A stretch of 64,000 nt of DNA from Eledone cirrhosa (GCA_964016885.1 OZ024740.1:390600001-390664000), one strand, 5' to 3'. Positions 11,301 through 21,894 are shown, numbered from the stretch's first letter. Notes: a model not told the origin generated them from the sequence alone. Numbers and translations: made by a program.

Positions 11301-11788
11301 GGCAGTGCTACCGAGGAGCCTTGCCAGTTCGGGATAAACTCTACAGGCATGGAGGTGCCGTCAGCCGGGCATGTCCGAGATGCGCGCAGGGCGACGAAAC
11401 CGTCCTGCACGCACTCGTCCAGTGTCCGAAAATTGCTGACTTGTGGGTTTATGTCGAACACCTGCTGTCGCGTTTAGGACGGATCCAGCTATCATCTGAG
11501 TCTATCGTGAGGATTGCCCCGCCCTCCTCCTTTAGCCGGGAAGGGCAGGCAGTTTTTATCTGTCTGGTGGCCATGGCGAAAGAGATAGTATGGTGGACAC
11601 GTTTGAAAGGGCTGAAGACGAGCACTTACCTCTTCGGTGATGCTCTGATTGACTTTTTCAAATTTCATTTGAAAAGGAAAATCAGAGTAGAGAAGGAAGT
11701 GCTCTTTTCCCAGCATTTTGTTGAAAGATGGGTGAGAGAAGCAAGAATGGCCCGAATGAATGGGCCGACTCTGAGTATATATCTGTAA
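8369..11788 (+). CDS. ORF2p, 1139 aa: APE endonuclease, reverse transcriptase, C-terminal CCHC
   Basis: APE motifs SINARG, ISET, GDWN, LDRV, TDH; RT motifs KSPGLDG, RPITLLN, DQSKAFD, QGCPLS, YADD; CPRCAQGDETVLHALVQC; GPGYWKLN linker typical of Tx1/L1. Confidence 0.97.
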   Translation: MTSLRIGSINARGLGSSWKQGHLLNDLRSLNIDVVAISETRISEARAFAPIFGGYDVYASPSRPGSGGGVAVVFRRGLDLAIRAIFLDPEGKLVVLDVTSGDGQAFRLVAVYAPTGAGRPDFFRRLETFLGTSRSLVLVGDWNGILDARWDCVGLADRGGGCKSLTNLLRRFELSDRYRLDFPNVPMWTWTNRIGSSRSYLDRVFCREIDRSSIGCPQFKIVSYTDHKFVTCVLDLDRLHRRGPGYWKLNASLPARKAYRDRISELVKRALTGAIVNNKWWFALKRAIRIESIRFSKALAIEKNRAEGELVRKLDEALSKGIATDVLAAKLALDQFFNAKHEGCVVRARVRALRHEGTKAVQWARVAEARRGNKATIRSLVDHDGRMLLDPGQMCEAFQRHFAQLFGGSGGPGRGMDFSVYLDGLPRLSATEARCCEKPITAAEVREAMTDCTRGKSPGLDGLPYELYVQMPDLFGGLLADVYCNWQQNGRIPSSVSRGAVALLRKDPNKGDNIDNFRPITLLNTEFKILAKVLAKRLALVVGGLVGEAQTCAIPDRSIHDNLHLMRYIVERVAREPGTGGSLINLDQSKAFDRVDHRYLAAVLRAAGFGPVFRGWIAAMHSDICSVVRVNGHLSEPFNIMRSVRQGCPLSSLLYVLTLEPLLHKLETLRGVPRELGFGRSVSAYADDVTVVVSNAKHIEAIGTTLREYEAVTGAMINQEKSVGLQLGTWRGRSMPSNSVVGRWTDGPVKLLGVWFGPDLQTDKNWDEVTSRVASLTQKWAERKLSLKGRAEVANAYIASVICYRLTVVPCPKPRLTALERLLFRFLWKGRAPMVRRSICCQHPLRGGLGMPWLMMRRHALRLRHLHLFLDGDQVWSPFARRVFPQLVSLTELQSWVKRRPRGSAWRLECLQALTALDQSGNVIGGNSTSAFYRGLVEGKSDDVLGETLGVDENQLANLFGRTFGPGPMDNFQKSLAWQCYRGALPVRDKLYRHGGAVSRACPRCAQGDETVLHALVQCPKIADLWVYVEHLLSRLGRIQLSSESIVRIAPPSSFSREGQAVFICLVAMAKEIVWWTRLKGLKTSTYLFGDALIDFFKFHLKRKIRVEKEVLFSQHFVERWVREARMARMNGPTLSIYL

Positions 11789-12036
11789 ACTAAAGGTGGA
11801 AAACTGGGAGAGGGCACTTGCCTTGGTGGTCAGGGTCATTGTGGCTTTTTACTGGGCTTTCTCCACAAATGTCGCTCCGAAGTCTGCCCCCTATTGGGGA
11901 ATTTTTCATTGTTATTTTTTGTTACATCCTCTGTTTTTGTTTTTTACACGCAGAAATGCCCATTTGTACCGTCCTGCATTGTCCTGCACTGTCCTTAATG
12001 TCTACTTTATGTAAACCCTTGTGGTTAATAAAGAAA

Positions 12037-12038
<2 letters not shown>

Positions 12039-12068
<30 letters not shown>
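12039..12068. repeat. (ATT)10 spacer between copies 2 and 3
   Basis: Read directly. Confidence 0.97.
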
Positions 12069-12283
12069 GAATGCCATGGTTGACGGAGGCTCGGCTCTGT
12101 AAGGTATAGTAATTTTTAACCGTTAAAACAATTGTAAATTATTTAAAACTTGAACCAAATTGTTGATAAAGACACCCTCCTCCTCGTGAGAGGGGTCTTT
12201 CTGTCCGTTATTTGGCCCTTCGGGGTTAAATAACCAGTTATTGGGGTTTTGTACCCAAAATTTCATTTTAAACAAAAAACAAC

Positions 12284-14380
12284 ATGGCTACGAAAAAGAA
12301 ATTTCATACGTCATTCCCACTCATTCCGTCTTCTTCTTCCTCAATCATCACTACAGCAGAGAGAAGATTGTCTCTCTCCCTCCCTTCTTTAAATGTGTCT
12401 CTCTCCCTCCCTTCTCTTTCGCAAGTGACGAAAGAAAAGAAAAGTCTCGTGCAAAGCGTGCAAGGTTTCTCCACGACGACGACGACAGCGACGAAACAGG
12501 TGTGCGGGAAATACGAAAACCCAGTTCATTCGTCTGACGTCAGGAATAATAGCAGTAGCAGCCGTAATAACAACAGCAACAGTGACAATGAAAACAACAG
12601 TAGCAGCCGCAACAGCATCACCAGCAGCATAAACAACAACAGCATTAGCATCAGCAACACCAACAACAACCACAGCAACAGCGGCGGAGGCAGTAGTCGT
12701 AGTACCTGCAGCAACAACAAAAGTACCAGCAGCTCTGACGACAACAACAACAGCAGAGAAAAACCAATCTCATTTGCAGGTATTGCGAAAAACTTGGAAA
12801 CAATCCTCATAACAAATGAGGAATTAGAGGAAGCGAAGAAGATGGTGACAAAGAACGGACACCGAGCAATCTGCAAGGCAGCGAAAAATTTTTTCGAAAC
12901 CCAAGAGCACTGTACGGTCACGTACCGTACAGTAAGTACAAAATCCCGTAGGGTGGAAAGAGCCACAGAGGCCCAAATACAAAAAGCCTTAGGGTCTGTG
13001 TGGCAGCGGAAAACGCACATCACCCGAGGCAAAAAATATGCCACCGTAGACGTACTTTTTGCCACACCCCAGGAGGCAAAGGCCCAATCAGTAGTGACCC
13101 TAAGGAGCGAGGAAATGGTGTTGGTGCCCTCCTACTGTGGGCAAAAAATTGTGAGGGTCAAACTGACCCACGTCCCCCCCGGAATGACCCCTTCTTGGCT
13201 GGCCGCGTCTGTCCTAATCGGAATCGAGGACAAAACAACTGTACTGCAAGTACAGAAAAAAGTAAGAGAAGATTGGGTCGGCTCCTCCATTGAGATGCTA
13301 ATCCAAACCAACCAGGAGTGTATCGAAGCTATCCCGGATGTGATAGACTTCGATAACGGCACTCAACTGCCCATAAGTGTTGAGGGCAAACGCCCGAAAT
13401 GCTTTCGCTGTGGATCGAAGACTCACCTCAGGGCCTTCTGCAACGAGAAGACCCTGAGAAAGGAGAAAACCCCCCTCCTTCCGAATCCGGCTCCACGGCT
13501 ACCAGCAACAGGACAAGCGGCAACCAGGAACGATAGGTCCGTGGCACCCATACCCACGCCACGGAAATCAAAAACAGCAGCAGCAGTGGAAATATTAACA
13601 ACAACAACAGCAATACCAAATGCAGCTGCAACAGAGACTCCAGTGCAAACATCACCAACAACAACAAGTGAAAGAGTGGAGCTGGTACCCCTCCCCGACC
13701 TCACAGAATCAGACATGGAGTGTGAGGTGGGAGAGGGATGGCAAAAGGTCGCAAGAAGGCACAAACGCAGAAGCAGCGCATCGTCGCCTTTGAAAAGGGA
13801 GGAAAGAAATGAGAAAAGGGTAAAGTCTACTGCAAAGAGACCCACAGCAGCAACAACACCAACACCATCACCACCCACACTAGCACCACCATCACCACCG
13901 GCGACAACCCCACCGCCAACAACACCTTCAACACCACCACCACAAGCACCAACATCGCAAACACAACAACAAAACACACACACCCAGCAACAACGACAAG
14001 AAAATAGCAGAACCACACCCCACCCCCAGAAAAACAAATGCACGGCAATAAATACACACAACAAGAAACTAATGACTTACATAATTGAACACACAGACAT
14101 TTCACAACAGGACTACATAATACCAGCACCAATCAAAACGCCAACTAACATAAGACTGCTAAAAATAGCACAGAAACAATACACAAACATTAAAACGAAA
14201 TTCCCCAACGCAGTTGGTGATTTCAGGGACCTAGGAGGAACCATCAATCGAAGAGTATACTCAGACATTCTCTTAGAAGAGCCGACGACCAGCCGAAGGG
14301 ACGATTCAACGGTCCCTTCACCAGACGATCAAGTGAAAAGGGATGTAAAAACCATCCCTCCTCTACCAAAAGTACGGTAA
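12284..14380 (+). CDS. ORF1p, 698 aa, copy 3
   Basis: Same length and CCHC knuckle as copy 2; about 8 aa differences counted by eye. Confidence 0.9.
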   Translation: MATKKKFHTSFPLIPSSSSSIITTAERRLSLSLPSLNVSLSLPSLSQVTKEKKSLVQSVQGFSTTTTTATKQVCGKYENPVHSSDVRNNSSSSRNNNSNSDNENNSSSRNSITSSINNNSISISNTNNNHSNSGGGSSRSTCSNNKSTSSSDDNNNSREKPISFAGIAKNLETILITNEELEEAKKMVTKNGHRAICKAAKNFFETQEHCTVTYRTVSTKSRRVERATEAQIQKALGSVWQRKTHITRGKKYATVDVLFATPQEAKAQSVVTLRSEEMVLVPSYCGQKIVRVKLTHVPPGMTPSWLAASVLIGIEDKTTVLQVQKKVREDWVGSSIEMLIQTNQECIEAIPDVIDFDNGTQLPISVEGKRPKCFRCGSKTHLRAFCNEKTLRKEKTPLLPNPAPRLPATGQAATRNDRSVAPIPTPRKSKTAAAVEILTTTTAIPNAAATETPVQTSPTTTSERVELVPLPDLTESDMECEVGEGWQKVARRHKRRSSASSPLKREERNEKRVKSTAKRPTAATTPTPSPPTLAPPSPPATTPPPTTPSTPPPQAPTSQTQQQNTHTQQQRQENSRTTPHPQKNKCTAINTHNKKLMTYIIEHTDISQQDYIIPAPIKTPTNIRLLKIAQKQYTNIKTKFPNAVGDFRDLGGTINRRVYSDILLEEPTTSRRDDSTVPSPDDQVKRDVKTIPPLPKVR

Positions 14381-14415
14381 GTGGTCTTTCCCATCTTTTC
14401 CACTCTATTTTAAAC

Positions 14416-17400
14416 ATGACCTCACTCAGAATAGGCAGCATAAATGCGCGTGGCTTGGGGTCGTCATGGAAGCAGGGTCACCTGCTCAACGACCTCAGGT
14501 CACTAAACATAGATGTAGTGGCCATCAGCGAGACCAGAATCTCCGAAGCACGGGCCTTCGTACCGATCTTCGGCGGCTACGATGTGTACGCATCTCCCAG
14601 CCGTCCTGGATCGGGTGGAGGAGTTGCTGTGCTTTTTCGGAGAGGTTTGGATCTCGCCATACGGGCCATCTTCCTGGACCCAGATGGTAAGCTGGTGGTG
14701 CTGGACGTGACCAGCGGAGACGGGCAAGCTTTCAGGCTAGTGGCCGTCTATGCCCCGACAGGAGCAGGGCGGCCTGATTTCTTCCGGCGTCTGGAGACCT
14801 TTCTTGGAACGTCCCGCTCTTTAGTGTTAGTGGGCGACTGGAACGGGATCTTAGATGCACGCTGGGACTGTGTGGGATTAGCGGATAGGGGTGGAGGGTG
14901 CAAGAGCCTCACCAACCTGCTCAGGCGTTTTGAACTGTCTGACAGGTACCGATTGGATTTCCCGAATGTGCCAATGTGGACTTGGACAAACCGCATAGGG
15001 TCATCCAGATCATATCTAGATAGAGTATTTTGTAGGGAAATAGATAGGTCTAGCATAGGCTGTCCACAATTCAAGATAGTCAGCTACACGGACCACAAAT
15101 TCGTGATCTGTGTGCTTGACTTAGATAGGCTTCATAGACGAGGACCCGGCTACTGGAAGCTAAACGCGTCCTTACCAGCGCGCAAGGCCTACAGAGACCG
15201 GATTAGCGAACTAGTTAAGCGGGCGTTGACGGGGGCCATCGTCAACAACAAGTGGTGGTTTGCTCTGAAAAGAGCGATTAGAATAGAATCGATTAGGTTT
15301 AGTAAGGCTTTAGCAATAGAGAAAAATAGAGCAGAGGGAGAACTAGTTAGAAAATTAGACGAGGCGCTTAGCAAAGGCATTGCGACCGACGTGCTTGCGG
15401 CGAAATTGGCCCTTGACCAATTCTTCAATGCAAAGCACGAAGGCTGCGTTGTCAGAGCTAGGGTGCGTGCTCTCAGACACGAGGGGACGAAAGCCGTTCA
15501 ATGGGCCCGAGTGGCGGAGGCGCGTCGTGGCAACAAAGCCACGATCCGGTCTTTGGTGGACCACGACGGGCGCATGCTACTCGATCCCGGGCAAATGTGT
15601 GAAGCTTTTCAGCGACACTTCGCTCAGCTGTTCGGGGGCAGCGGGGGGCCGGGTAGAGGGATGGACTTTAGTGTCTACCTCGACGGACTGCCGCGGCTCT
15701 CGGCCACTGAGGCGAAGTGTTGCGAAAAGCCGATAACAGCCGCTGAAGTACGGGAGGCAATGACTGGCTGCACAAGGGGTAAATCGCCTGGTTTGGATGG
15801 TCTGCCCTATGAACTTTACGTACAGATGCCAGACTTGTTCGGAGGCCTCTTGGCGGACGTCTACTGCAACTGGCAACAGAACGGGAGAATTCCCAGTTCT
15901 GTGAGCCGAGGAGCGGTGGCACTGCTGAGAAAGGATCCGAACAAGGGGGATAACATAGACAATTTCCGGCCCATAACTCTGCTAAACACAGAGTTTAAGA
16001 TTTTGGCCAAGGTGCTAGCAAAGAGGTTGGCGCTTGTCGTTGGTGGTCTGGTGGGAGAGGCGCAGACATGCGCCATTCCCGACAGATCCATCCACGACAA
16101 CCTCCACCTCATGCGATACATCGTAGAGAGGGTAGCTAGGGAACCTGGCACGGGTGGGTCCTTGATCAATTTAGATCAGTCGAAAGCTTTCGATAGGGTC
16201 GACCATCGTTACCTAGCGGCAGTCCTGAGGGCGGCTGGCTTTGGGCCCGTCTTCAGAGGCTGGATCGCTGCCATGCACAGCGACATCTGCTCTGTGGTGA
16301 GAGTGAACGGTCACCTGTCGGAACCGTTCAACATCATGCGCTCGGTCCGCCAAGGATGTCCCCTCTCGTCCCTCTTGTACGTATTGACGCTCGAGCCATT
16401 ACTGCACAAACTGGAGACGTTGAGGGGAGTCCCGCGCGAACTAGGATGCGGAAGATCCGTGTCAGCATATGCGGACGATGTCACCGTAGTGGTGTCGAAC
16501 GCCAAACACATCGAGGCGATCGGCACTACACTAAGAGAATACGAAGCGGTGACAGGAGCAATGATCAACCAGGAAAAGTCAGTGGGCCTGCAGCTCGGCA
16601 CCTGGAGAGGCAGGTCCATGCCGTCCAACAGCGTCGTCGGGCGCTGGACGGACGGACCGGTTAAATTGCTAGGGGTCTGGTTCGGTCCGGACCTCCAGAC
16701 GGACAAAAACTGGGACGAGGTGACGAGCAGGGTGGCTTCTCTCACCCAGAAATGGGCGGAGAGGAAGCTATCCCTGAAAGGTCGAGCGGAGGTGGCTAAC
16801 GCGTACATCGCGTCTGTCATCTGCTACCGCCTAACCGTCGTACCTTGTCCTAAGCCTCGCCTGACTGCGCTGGAGCGTTTGCTCTTTCGCTTTTTGTGGA
16901 AGGGACGTGCTCCGATGGTCAGGCGGTCCATCTGTTGTCAACACCCGCTACGTGGAGGGCTGGGCATGCCGTGGCTGATGATGCGCAGGCACGCGCTCAG
17001 GCTACGACATCTCCACCTCTTCCTCGACGGTGATCAGGTGTGGTCGCCGTTTGCTAGACGCGTTTTTCCCCAGCTCGTTTCCTTGACGGAGCTGCAGTCC
17101 TGGGTCAAGCGAAGACCGAGAGGGAGCGCCTGGAGACTGGAATGTCTTCAGGCGCTCACAGCCCTCGACCAATCGGGCAATGTGATCGGTGGAAACTCCA
17201 CCTCGGCGTTCTATAGAGGATTAGTGGAGGGGAAGAGCGACGACGTACTTGGGGAAACTCTAGGCGTCGACGAAAATCAACTAGCCAATCTCTTCGGAAG
17301 AACTTTCGGGCCGGGGCCTATGGACAACTTCCAGAAATCTCTGGCCTGGCAGTGCTACCGAGGAGCCTTGCCAGTTCGGGATAAACTCTACAGGCATGGA

Positions 17401-17835
17401 GGTGCCGTCAGCCGGGCATGTCCGAGATGCGCGCAGGGCGACGAAACCGTCCTGCACGCACTCGTCCAGTGTCCGAAAATTGCTGACTTGTGGGTTTATG
17501 TCGAACACCTGCTGTCGCGTTTAGGACGGATCCAGCTATCATCTGAGTCTATCGTGAGGATTGCCCCGCCCTCCTCCTTTAGCCGGGAAGGGCAGGCAGT
17601 TTTTATCTGTCTGGTGGCCATGGCGAAAGAGATAGTATGGTGGACACGTTTGAAAGGGCTGAAGACGAGCACTTACCTCTTCGGTGATGCTCTGATTGAC
17701 TTTTTCAAATTTCATTTGAAAAGGAAAATCAGAGTAGAGAGGGAAGTGCTCTCTTCCCAGCATTTTGTTGAAAGATGGGTGAGAGAAGCAAGAATGGCCC
17801 GAGTGAATGGGCCGACTCTGAGTATATATCTGTAA
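14416..17835 (+). CDS. ORF2p, 1139 aa APE-RT-CCHC, copy 3
   Basis: All catalytic motifs intact; about 10 aa differences from copy 2 counted by eye. Confidence 0.97.
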   Translation: MTSLRIGSINARGLGSSWKQGHLLNDLRSLNIDVVAISETRISEARAFVPIFGGYDVYASPSRPGSGGGVAVLFRRGLDLAIRAIFLDPDGKLVVLDVTSGDGQAFRLVAVYAPTGAGRPDFFRRLETFLGTSRSLVLVGDWNGILDARWDCVGLADRGGGCKSLTNLLRRFELSDRYRLDFPNVPMWTWTNRIGSSRSYLDRVFCREIDRSSIGCPQFKIVSYTDHKFVICVLDLDRLHRRGPGYWKLNASLPARKAYRDRISELVKRALTGAIVNNKWWFALKRAIRIESIRFSKALAIEKNRAEGELVRKLDEALSKGIATDVLAAKLALDQFFNAKHEGCVVRARVRALRHEGTKAVQWARVAEARRGNKATIRSLVDHDGRMLLDPGQMCEAFQRHFAQLFGGSGGPGRGMDFSVYLDGLPRLSATEAKCCEKPITAAEVREAMTGCTRGKSPGLDGLPYELYVQMPDLFGGLLADVYCNWQQNGRIPSSVSRGAVALLRKDPNKGDNIDNFRPITLLNTEFKILAKVLAKRLALVVGGLVGEAQTCAIPDRSIHDNLHLMRYIVERVAREPGTGGSLINLDQSKAFDRVDHRYLAAVLRAAGFGPVFRGWIAAMHSDICSVVRVNGHLSEPFNIMRSVRQGCPLSSLLYVLTLEPLLHKLETLRGVPRELGCGRSVSAYADDVTVVVSNAKHIEAIGTTLREYEAVTGAMINQEKSVGLQLGTWRGRSMPSNSVVGRWTDGPVKLLGVWFGPDLQTDKNWDEVTSRVASLTQKWAERKLSLKGRAEVANAYIASVICYRLTVVPCPKPRLTALERLLFRFLWKGRAPMVRRSICCQHPLRGGLGMPWLMMRRHALRLRHLHLFLDGDQVWSPFARRVFPQLVSLTELQSWVKRRPRGSAWRLECLQALTALDQSGNVIGGNSTSAFYRGLVEGKSDDVLGETLGVDENQLANLFGRTFGPGPMDNFQKSLAWQCYRGALPVRDKLYRHGGAVSRACPRCAQGDETVLHALVQCPKIADLWVYVEHLLSRLGRIQLSSESIVRIAPPSSFSREGQAVFICLVAMAKEIVWWTRLKGLKTSTYLFGDALIDFFKFHLKRKIRVEREVLSSQHFVERWVREARMARVNGPTLSIYL

Positions 17836-18095
17836 ACTAAAGGTGGAAAACTGGGAGAGGGCACTTGCCTTGGTGGTCAGGGTCATTGTGGCTTTTTACT
17901 GGGCTTTCTCCACAAATGTCCCTCCGAAGTCTCCCCCCTATTGGGGAATTTTTCATTGTTATTTTCATTGTTATTTTTGTTACATCCTCTGTTTTTCTTT
18001 TTTTACACGCAGAAATGCCCATTTGTACCGTCCTGCATTGTCCTGCACTGTCCTTAATGTCTACTTTATGTAAACCCTTGTGGTTAATAAAGAAA

Positions 18096-18097
<2 letters not shown>

Positions 18098-18129
<32 letters not shown>
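18098..18129. repeat. (ATT)10 3' flank of the array, directly followed by a SINE
   Basis: Read directly. Confidence 0.97.
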
Positions 18130-18325
18130 GGCGGTGGATTGGTAGAATCGGTAGAGGGTTGGACGCCATGCTTTCCAGCATAGTTACGTCCCTTTACGGA
18201 CTGAGTTCAAATCCCGCCGAGGTTAACTTTGCCTTTCATCCTTACGGGGTCGATAAAATAAAGTATCAGTAATGTACTGGGTAATTGCTGTCCTTGTGCT
18301 AAACGTAGAAACAATTGTTATTATT
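18130..18325 (+). mobile_element. tRNA-derived SINE (octopus-type family A)
   Basis: Box A TGGTAGAATCGG, box B GAGTTCAAATCC, body GCCTTTCATCCTTACGGGGTCGATAAAATAAAGTA, end CCTTGTG..AGAAACA+ATT; about 10 copies in the window. Confidence 0.88.
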
Positions 18326-18666
18326 AATATTCCTCTGAATTCTGCTTCTTTCCCAAACCATGCCGAGTGTCAACCTGGCACCTGAGGCAAAATTTGATAA
18401 TACACGCATTTTACAATCAATTGTCATACAAATGATGCCACAAGAACACAAACAACAGCAAAGGCCTTTGCAAAGTCTTTAAATTGATAATGCCCTTCTC
18501 AGGACATGGACTGTGCCAGTCAGCCCAATTTTCTACCATCGCTAGCACTGCCAGAATCCTAGGCGATATAGTGAACTTCTTAGATCAAGAACTGATCTGA
18601 AGCCCATTGATACACTTCTCCTAGCCTACGAATGATAAAGAAACTTTATTATTTATTTATTATTAT

Positions 18667-18895
18667 AGCGGTGGATTGGCAGTATCGGTAGAGGGTCGGG
18701 CGCCATGCTCTGCGGCATAGAGTCACGTCTCTTTCCGATCTGAGTTCAAACCCTGCCGAGGTTAACTTTGCCTTTCATCCTCACGGGGTCGATAAAATAA
18801 AGTACCAGTGAAATACTAGGGTCGATTTAATTGACTTTTCCCCTCCCCTTTAAATTGCTGGCCTTGTGCTTAAAGTAGAAACAATTATTATTATT
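18667..18895 (+). mobile_element. tRNA-derived SINE family A (long form)
   Basis: Same head and body, extra GGTCGATTTAATTGAC segment, ATT tail. Confidence 0.88.
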
Positions 18896-19129
18896 GTTTG
18901 TTTTTCCTCTTCCTTCAGTTTTCTTTCCGTTTTGTGTGTGTGTGTGGGGGGGGGTCTACCTGACACCTAGGGCAAATAAACTTACTGTATACATTGGTAA
19001 GCCAGTTAACACACCATATTGATTATATTTATAGCTTTTAAAATATATATATATATGTATACATACACACGCACATATATACACATGTATACATACACAT
19101 ACGCATAAATACACACACTAAATATATAC

Positions 19130-19170
<41 letters not shown>

Positions 19171-19171
19171 T

Positions 19172-19420
19172 ATGAATATTCTCAACACGTGTGCAGTATC
19201 AGTTAAAACAATTTGTTTGCACTTCTTACAGGGATGGTAAACCAGGATCATTCTCAAATACCGTTCTGTTCCTTTCTTGATCATTTCCAGTGCTCCTACA
19301 ATCATTGGTATTGTAACGGCCTTGTGGTGCTACATTGTTTTCAATTTCAATGAACAAATTTTTATATTTTCTGAGCTTGTTCTGTTGGTTTTTAACAATA
19401 ATATCTGGTCTATTATTCTA
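19172..19420 (-). mobile_element. 3' fragment of an R4/Dong-like non-LTR element (restriction-like endonuclease)
   Basis: Minus strand reads NRPDII..KY..L.IEIE..PMIVGALEMIKKG..QIVLTDTAHVLR, matching the RLE C-terminal motifs. Confidence 0.6.
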
Positions 19421-19429
19421 TGTTCAGCC

Positions 19430-20250
19430 TTACTTTTCTCGGCTGGAGAAAAGTAAGGCTGAACTTGGAATATTGGACAAGTAATATCCTTTTGCTCTAA
19501 TAATAATGGGCTTAACGCTGAAATAGTATTTTCGCTACTGAATTTGTAAACCCATCACTAATGGTGCATAGATATTTTTTTTGTTTTTTTTAATTTTAGT
19601 TTTCTTATCACAATAGCATCTAGTGTACTACCAAATCTGGTTTTTATTCTCTGACCTCAAACAACAGTATCAAATCACTTGTACTTTAATTTTGTTGCTA
19701 TTTTTATTCTTGTGTTTTCTCAGTATTGATATATTTACCTTTGTTTATTGTTATATCTTCTTAATATACTATCCCTTTTGCCTTTATAAACATTAGTACC
19801 CAAAGCCTTCAAAAATATTTCGGTTTGTTTTAATTTACAAAATGGCTCTCTAAATTTTATACTGAATTCAACTCATAACCTAAAGGTCTAACGCATCTTG
19901 TTTGCTTTAGAAATATAATAGTTAGACAAATAGTATTAAAACCACTTTTATTTATGAACTAGAGTAAGATTCTACACTAATATGACCTTCTCGCTATATT
20001 CACCTTTCGAGTAAATATCTGTAAATTTCCGTTTATCTCCACCGTTCTCGGATACCGTCATTATGCATTCTCTACCAATCAGAAACAAATTATCTAATAA
20101 AACTACAGGAATTAATAACTTAAAAATTGAAGAACATCGGTCTTAATCAAACTTTTAAGTTGTTGCTACAACAGCTTTGCTCTAAGATCTGAGTATTAAA
20201 ACACTAACCTTCAAAAACATTATACAAAATGTTTGGAGGATAATCAATAA
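19430..20250 (+). mobile_element. Highly decayed Penelope-like remnant (tentative)
   Basis: Residual FYT...L.RYIH.SS-like segment near 19965-20015; no open frame. Confidence 0.3.
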
Positions 20251-21894
20251 AGGTAGTTCTTCTATTAGGCTTTCATGTCAATTTCTGAATGAAATTCTTC
20301 TTAGTTTAATATAAACCTTTCACGTTTTCTGCATTAGACATTATATTCTATAATTTTAATGATAAACATAATTACGAAAACATTCTGTTTTCTTTGTTAC
20401 ATTTTTTCTGAGACAGAAATGAATGATTTTACAGAATAATAGTAAGGTTGGATGTAAGTCTGAAATGTAAGATAAAATATTTTTGAGGCATGTCAGTCAA
20501 ATGAATAGCTGTTTCATAGCAGGTATTTTGAATGAATAAATATGTGAACTTACATGATCATTTTTCATATCAACTTATCTGTATTCAGGGCAATAATTTA
20601 AAGAAAGGTAAAGATATGCAATGATCTATATTGTTTAAAACAAAAGGCCTTATTCGATTGAAATATTTCTGCATGTGAGAGAGATTATGTAACTTAATTT
20701 TTACAAATGAGTCGTATGGGATTCAGAGAATGAAAGTGTGTCTCAAGTTTACAATCAAGGTTTTGTGAATGCAATGTTGAGATACACATTTACTTTGTGG
20801 TTTGGGAAAATAGAAACAAATGCCTAAAACTAAACATTGACATTGACTGTTTTGCATTCAAGAACATTGCATTGACATTGTATGTCAATATGTTGTAGAA
20901 GGTTCGAGTTGCTTCTAAGTTATATATCGATAATCATCACTAAAATATTTAGTAAATTTCTCGTGAGAACAATTTAAGTATCAAAATCTAAGTATCCTTT
21001 ACATTCATGGCTTTCACATTTGTTTATTCCTCAGTCTTATATAATAAAGAATTTTGTTTTTGCTACACTCTGATATTATCTATAGTTTTGATCGTGAAAT
21101 TAATGTCCACAAGAATTTCGTGGTGATTTACGATATTAGACTCAGCAGATACTTCATAAACTAGATTCATTTGTCAATTTCTGATAAACTAGATTTACTT
21201 GCGCATGATAATTTGATAATAGGTAACATTAAATGTAAACTGGTTAGTAACCGACCATGAAATATGGAGAATGTGTAATGTGCGTATGATTTACTAACTG
21301 TATATACTTAAAATACAAGATCGAATGAATAAAATATGAAATTAGTAAAGAATATTCTTCTATACGAAATGTATTTATTCCCAAAATAAAAGGTATGAAC
21401 CGTGAGAGAGTGAAAATGAGAACCTAGAATGTGAGTTCGGTCTTATTTGTTATCCCGATAGAAAATATGAACAAGGAACAGCTATAAAAAAAATAAATAC
21501 ACAACAATGTTTGAAATAATGATCTACATTCGAATCCACTATTCCTAGACAATAACTAACTAACTAACCAACTAGATAAATACATAAATAAATAAAATAA
21601 AATGTGTGAAGTAAGATGACGTGAAAAGATTTGGTTTCTCTTCAATTTTCATGTAGGCTTTCCATTAGATACACATCACAGTCTATTTCGTCGTTGATCA
21701 CATTCATACGAGTTCATTAAATATATTGTTAACTCTTTCAAAGACAAATGATGCTAATACAACTTTCTTCGAAAAGTTAAATATTTTCTTTTTTAAATAG
21801 CATGATATTAATAATCACATGCATCCATTTTGGTCGTTGTTTGTATTGATTATAACATCATTTTCTATCTTAGGAAGTAAGACATGAGTTTATA

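Larger units (their letters stand above)
6021..12038 (+). mobile_element. Tx1-type non-LTR retrotransposon, copy 2, intact
   Basis: 216-nt 5'UTR, open ORF1 and ORF2, 3'UTR ending AATAAAGAAATC, no poly(A), (ATT)n on both sides. Confidence 0.95.
12069..18097 (+). mobile_element. Tx1-type non-LTR retrotransposon, copy 3, intact
   Basis: Same 5' start (GAATGCC) and 3' end as copy 2; roughly 99% identical by eye, with private substitutions. Confidence 0.95.

Noticed and set aside
461-17886. Antisense and alternate-frame ORFs within the Tx1 copies
   Set aside because: Shadows of GC-rich coding or low-complexity sequence; they recur only because the elements are near-identical.
6021-18097. Copies 2 and 3 as an assembly duplication or as LTR elements
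   Set aside because: Each has private substitutions and different 3'UTR indels; there are no LTRs, integrase or protease. Long-read confirmation is still desirable.
18130-18230. tRNA genes at SINE heads
   Set aside because: A and B boxes are present, but they run into a shared SINE body with TSDs and no clean cloverleaf.
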